Assembly (NCBI GenBank): GCA_052426225.1
Contig: JBNJNM010000017.1
Span: 15,052-79,051 of the forward strand
Source of the DNA: Zancudomyces culisetae HAW-14-8
Taxonomy: Eukaryota; Fungi; Kickxellomycota
DNA: 64,000 bases
Reading direction: 5' to 3'
The notes under the pieces are model-generated. The model was not told the origin of the DNA. It saw nothing but the letters and a program-made list of their open reading frames with translations, and did no database searches. How positions within the stretch are numbered: the stretch's first letter is position 1; each line of letters begins with the position of its first letter. Position numbers and translations under genes: made by a program. Of the stretch, positions 62,196 through 64,000 are shown in pieces.

Positions 62196-63263
62196 TCATT
62201 TCTTGGCCCTAACAGAAAACTTGGATTTCTTTAAAGCTTTCTTAGAGGGATTATCCAGGGATAATTTGCTGGATTTTGACTTTCTAGATGATTTCAAAAA
62301 GTCTGTACGGCTTGCGATGGGATCGTGTTTCCGTTTTTTATATTGGGAGTATGCTTGATCAAGCCTATTTTCACCGCGGAGAGCGACAAAATCGGAATTC
62401 AAGTCCTTAAATTCATCATCAAGTCGCTTATAGCCCTGCTTAAGCATTTTTTTGTCCTTTTTATTTACAGTCATACGAATCAAGTAATCCTCTTCATAAT
62501 TTACGAGCTCCTTGCGATGATGTTCAGCCTTGGCGGATGTTGCTACACCAATGGTGTTTGCAGTTCCTGCTGAGGTTGTAGTCTCAGGGAGTTTTGAGTA
62601 GTACTCATCTTCCAAAAGTTCGGAAATTACTCGTGAAGATACCTCCTTGTGGCGCTGTTTCTTTCCTTTTTGTTCTTCGTATTTTGTAGGAATGAGCTTA
62701 GGAGGCTGGTAATATTTGCCCTTTTCAACGTCCTCTCGACCCGGTCTAGCTACTTTACCCGTATCCTTGGTTGAAGATGAAACTAAATTGCCCAATTTGG
62801 GTTTGTAATTAAGTTCGTTTTTCTCGTCGTCATCGTCGTCGTCTTCCTCGCTTGGTGCGTTTGGATTAGCTTTTATCTTTTCTTCTTGTGTTTTCCTTTC
62901 GCCGTGTTCTTCTTCCTTGTTGATTGCAGCTCTGATCAGCCTATCCATTTGGTATCGAAGTTTCTGTTCAATTGGCCGGATCTTTTCTAGAACTATTCTA
63001 TTTTCAATTAGATCCTCAATAACCTCTTGTTTTATCTCCTTTCCACCAACTTTGAGAAGGGAGAACAGTCCTAGTTGTGCCACATACTCCAGCATAGTAT
63101 ATATTTTAACATTCAACAAGCTGATCCCGTCCTCTACCTCCAGGTTATCTTGCCCAAGCCGTTCCTTAAGCTTGAATAAAGCTTTTTTTAGCTCTTCTCC
63201 CTGAGCCTTAATTGTATTAAACCTGGTTATGCATTTCTCTTGTGTACTGATTGTTTGTGACAT
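62196..63263 (-). CDS. LCP5: SSU processome factor Lcp5/neuroguidin (Sas10/Utp3/C1D domain)
   Basis: 'DGISLLNVKIYTMLEY', 'LIENRIVLEKIRPIEQKLRYQMDRLI', 'YQPPKL', 'YEEDYLIRM'. First true ATG at 63263. Confidence 0.9.
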   Translation of the reverse strand: MSQTISTQEKCITRFNTIKAQGEELKKALFKLKERLGQDNLEVEDGISLLNVKIYTMLEYVAQLGLFSLLKVGGKEIKQEVIEDLIENRIVLEKIRPIEQKLRYQMDRLIRAAINKEEEHGERKTQEEKIKANPNAPSEEDDDDDDEKNELNYKPKLGNLVSSSTKDTGKVARPGREDVEKGKYYQPPKLIPTKYEEQKGKKQRHKEVSSRVISELLEDEYYSKLPETTTSAGTANTIGVATSAKAEHHRKELVNYEEDYLIRMTVNKKDKKMLKQGYKRLDDEFKDLNSDFVALRGENRLDQAYSQYKKRKHDPIASRTDFLKSSRKSKSSKLSLDNPSKKALKKSKFSVRAKK

Positions 63264-63719
63264 TTTTGTGTTTAATTTACACTTGCATCTGTCTTCACTA
63301 TAAGCCGAAAGCAAATATTGAAAACTTTACTATGTACAAAGAATGAGGAATACTCGATCAATGCGACTTTCCAAAGTATATCCGATTTCAGACTATAGTG
63401 TCCTTTTTTTCTTCAGTTTATCCACTATGAATCAGATGGAAAAAAAATTTTTTTTCCCATTAGCTAATAGAATCATTTTTCTGAGATATATAGAACCACA
63501 CTTTGAGCCATTTCAAAATAATCACATGATTAGTCATTTCACTTCACACATCACAGGGAAGAGACCACAAGAAGCTCAGGGCAATCAATGATCTATACAG
63601 TGAGCTACAGTATAAAAAACACTGTCTAATTAAAACATTTATTTATCTGCCCTAGGAGTAGGCAAAAACAAACAAACAAACATATTATGAAGAAGTACAC
63701 AAAAAGCGAGAGACTAAAA

Positions 63720-64000
63720 CTAAGCAGTTTTATAAATCAGATGAATCCCGCTGTCAGTAACGATAGCCTCACTAAGCTCGCCATCGCTCAAAGAAAATGA
63801 AGCTTCCTCAAAAGCTGGCTGCATCTGACCTCTACCAAAATACCCAAGATCCCCACCGCGCTTGGCAGAGGTGCAATCAGAATAGTTTTTGGCGATTTCT
63901 TCAAATGTGACTTCTCCGCCCTCAATCTGTTTTCTGTAGTCGTTTATAATTTCAAGAGCCTCGTCCTTGGATCTGGTGATAGTTTCCTGTCTCCATGAGC
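63720..64000 (-). CDS. ESS1: Parvulin peptidyl-prolyl isomerase Ess1/Pin1, 3' part (runs off the window)
   Basis: SWRQETITRSKDEALEIINDYRKQIEGGEVTFEEIAKNYSDCTSAKRGGDLGYFGRGQMQPAFEEASFSLSDGELSEAIVTDSGIHLIYKTA*. Confidence 0.95.
   Translation of the reverse strand, partial: SWRQETITRSKDEALEIINDYRKQIEGGEVTFEEIAKNYSDCTSAKRGGDLGYFGRGQMQPAFEEASFSLSDGELSEAIVTDSGIHLIYKTA

Overview
Eukaryotic, AT-rich, gene-dense window with short GT-AG introns. The gene set and intron style suggest an early-diverging fungus, possibly Zoopagomycota/Harpellales (inference only). Genes I can support, left to right: Bax-inhibitor-1 family protein; eIF5-mimic 5MP/BZW; ARPC4; a secreted Thr-rich protein; a small secreted orphan; a 5'-truncated HDHD3-like HAD hydrolase; a frame-broken carbonyl-reductase-like SDR; VPS60; a 956-aa orphan; PAM16; a polyQ bHLH factor; a large CBM48 (Crp1/Mdg1-like) protein with about 3 kb of 12-bp EPVV/EPVA repeat; SEC61-beta; UBC6; a divergent, frame-split COG8-like gene overlapping glycogen synthase; FPR3/4; LAG1/LAC1; POP3/RPP38; SEC1; RAD52; a plasma-membrane syntaxin; LCP5; and the 3' part of ESS1/PIN1. 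I recognised no tRNA, rRNA, CRISPR array or intact transposon. Most notable: the CBM48-acidic rod-amphipathic tail protein with all-phase-1 micro-exons; an atypical SDR whose breaks are all repaired by single homopolymer bases; the two secreted orphans; a GC-AG intron after an ATG-only exon; and recurring RRPE-like A/T promoter elements. All homology calls are by eye, with no database search.
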